In this document: positions 61,082 through 64,000 of the stretch, piece after piece
Layout of the letters: every line of letters begins with the position of its first letter
Position numbering within the stretch: the stretch's first letter is position 1
Assembly: GCF_002105155.1 (NCBI RefSeq)
Contig: NW_019029003.1
Location: 62,001 to 126,000 of the forward strand
DNA: 64,000 bases
Direction: 5' to 3'
From: Lobosporangium transversale
Taxonomy: Eukaryota
The notes under the pieces: generated by a model
Seen by the model: only the letters and a program-made list of their open reading frames with translations
Databases searched by the model: none
What the model was told of the DNA's origin: nothing
Translations under genes and position numbers: made by a program

Positions 61082-61971
61082 ATGTCTGATTCGTATGCGT
61101 TTTCATTTTACACATTTGTCCTGATCTCTAGTGAAAAACGATGCAAGTGCAGACAATTAAACACTAAATTGTTCTGGTAACTAACCATATTCAATGCTCC
61201 TTTCAACAGCCCTGCTGAGAAGTCCAGCCTTGCCGCCGGCAAGCGCAAGGCAGAGGGTACATATCAATCTTTCGTCTTTTCATCAAGATGCTCTTCAATC
61301 ACCCATTGGACTACAATCCAGGGACTGATCAGTGCCATGATCTTTCCTGACCTTGGGCGAAAATCAAAACTACCAGTATTTCTTATCGATTTTTTTTCTC
61401 TTAATGATCATCTCTCCGCTTAGAGGCCATCGAGCCTGCCTCTGTAAAGCGTGCTGTCGCATCAAGCTCATCTACTAAACTCAATGATCTTGATGATAGT
61501 GCACAGGAAGATGACGATCTCGGTAAGAGACCTACTTTTATTCCTTTCAATCACCGTTCGGAAACATTCAGTTGCAAACTATTTGGATACACTTGAAATT
61601 TATATCGACCTTTTTTTTTTTTCTCGATGATTCATGCAGACGAGGATCTCGACTTCTTAGAAACATCTAATATCATTCACTCAGGTCGTCGTACCCGTGG
61701 CGTTAAAATTGACTTCTCAAAGGTTCCTCAGGATGATCTGGACGAGGATGATGATGATGATGATGATGACGATGCAGCCGTCGCGCCTGGAGTCGAGGAG
61801 AATGATGATGACGAGGAAGAAGAGGAAGTGGAGTATGAAGAGGAAGAAGAGGAAGAGAATGAGCAACAGCCAACAGAAGAGGCTCAGAAACCATCAAAAA
61901 CCCCATCACCTTCTTCAGCTGCAGGCGAAGATGAAGAATCCAAATCAGACGAGACAAAAGCTACGGATTGA
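61082..61971 (+). CDS. CHZ1: Histone H2A.Z chaperone (CHZ domain), multi-exon
   Basis: CHZ motif DLDFLETSNIIHSGRRTRGVKIDF flanked by acidic tracts. Confidence 0.82.
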
Positions 61972-62400
61972 GAGAAGCTTCACTCTCATTCATGCTGCGA
62001 TATCTACCTCATTTTGAAAAATAAACGGGTATCCCGGTGAACATGCCCTCTCCCATCATCTCGCGATTTTTTATACTTCCCTCACCCTCCTCCTCCTCCT
62101 TAACTCTGTTTCAGCTAATAATGTAAGCAAGATGAAACTGTTTATTGTTTTGGTCAGAGTATTGTAAAAACCTCTAAAAAAAAAATAGGTCTGAAAAAAA
62201 ACCTCTCGAGAAAAAAAAAAAAAAAAAAAAAAAAAAAATAGAGTTTTCAAGGCTGTAAAACGTCTCGAACCAAATTTATCACGCGTTTTTTGTTTCCTCT
62301 TTGAATTCTAGCGATATCATATTCTGAAAGTAGTGAATATAGTGTCATTTGCAGATGCCAAGAGCATAACCCTTTTTTTCAGTTTTTTTCTACTTCCTCT

Positions 62401-64000
<1,600 letters not shown>

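Overview
Intron-rich eukaryotic DNA with many long poly-A/T tracts. The gene set and intron style point to an early-diverging fungus (Mortierellaceae-like; this is an inference). Host genes occupy 1-6.3 kb (Kin1-type kinase 3' end, pepsin-like protease, amino-acid permease) and 22.4-64 kb (arrestin-like, DUF2015, TPR-MYND, SET, MIC26/27-like with a long extension, CYSTM, YeiH/UPF0324, VPS27, CUL4, IDO, RAMA+PHD, NAD(P)-binding, Reb1-like Myb, QCR6, DCN1, CHZ1, CDC42). Between them lies a ~15 kb island of nested mobile elements. It holds (i) a ~0.9 kb non-autonomous Academ-like element; (ii) a complete 7,145-bp AcademH-type transposon (8634-15778) with 506-bp TIRs, a 9-bp TSD, an intact transposase and a RecQ-like helicase, inserted on the terminus of (i); (iii) a DD34E Tc1 element inside the helicase gene; (iv) an intron-containing PD-(D/E)XK nuclease-like gene; (v) a pogo/Tigger element; and (vi) a DD39E Tc1-like element fused to the pogo TIR. 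The most interesting host gene joins a RAMA-like domain (a predicted 6mA-DNA reader) to an MLL-like PHD cassette. Exon boundaries were read by eye, and family calls come from motif recognition, not database searches.
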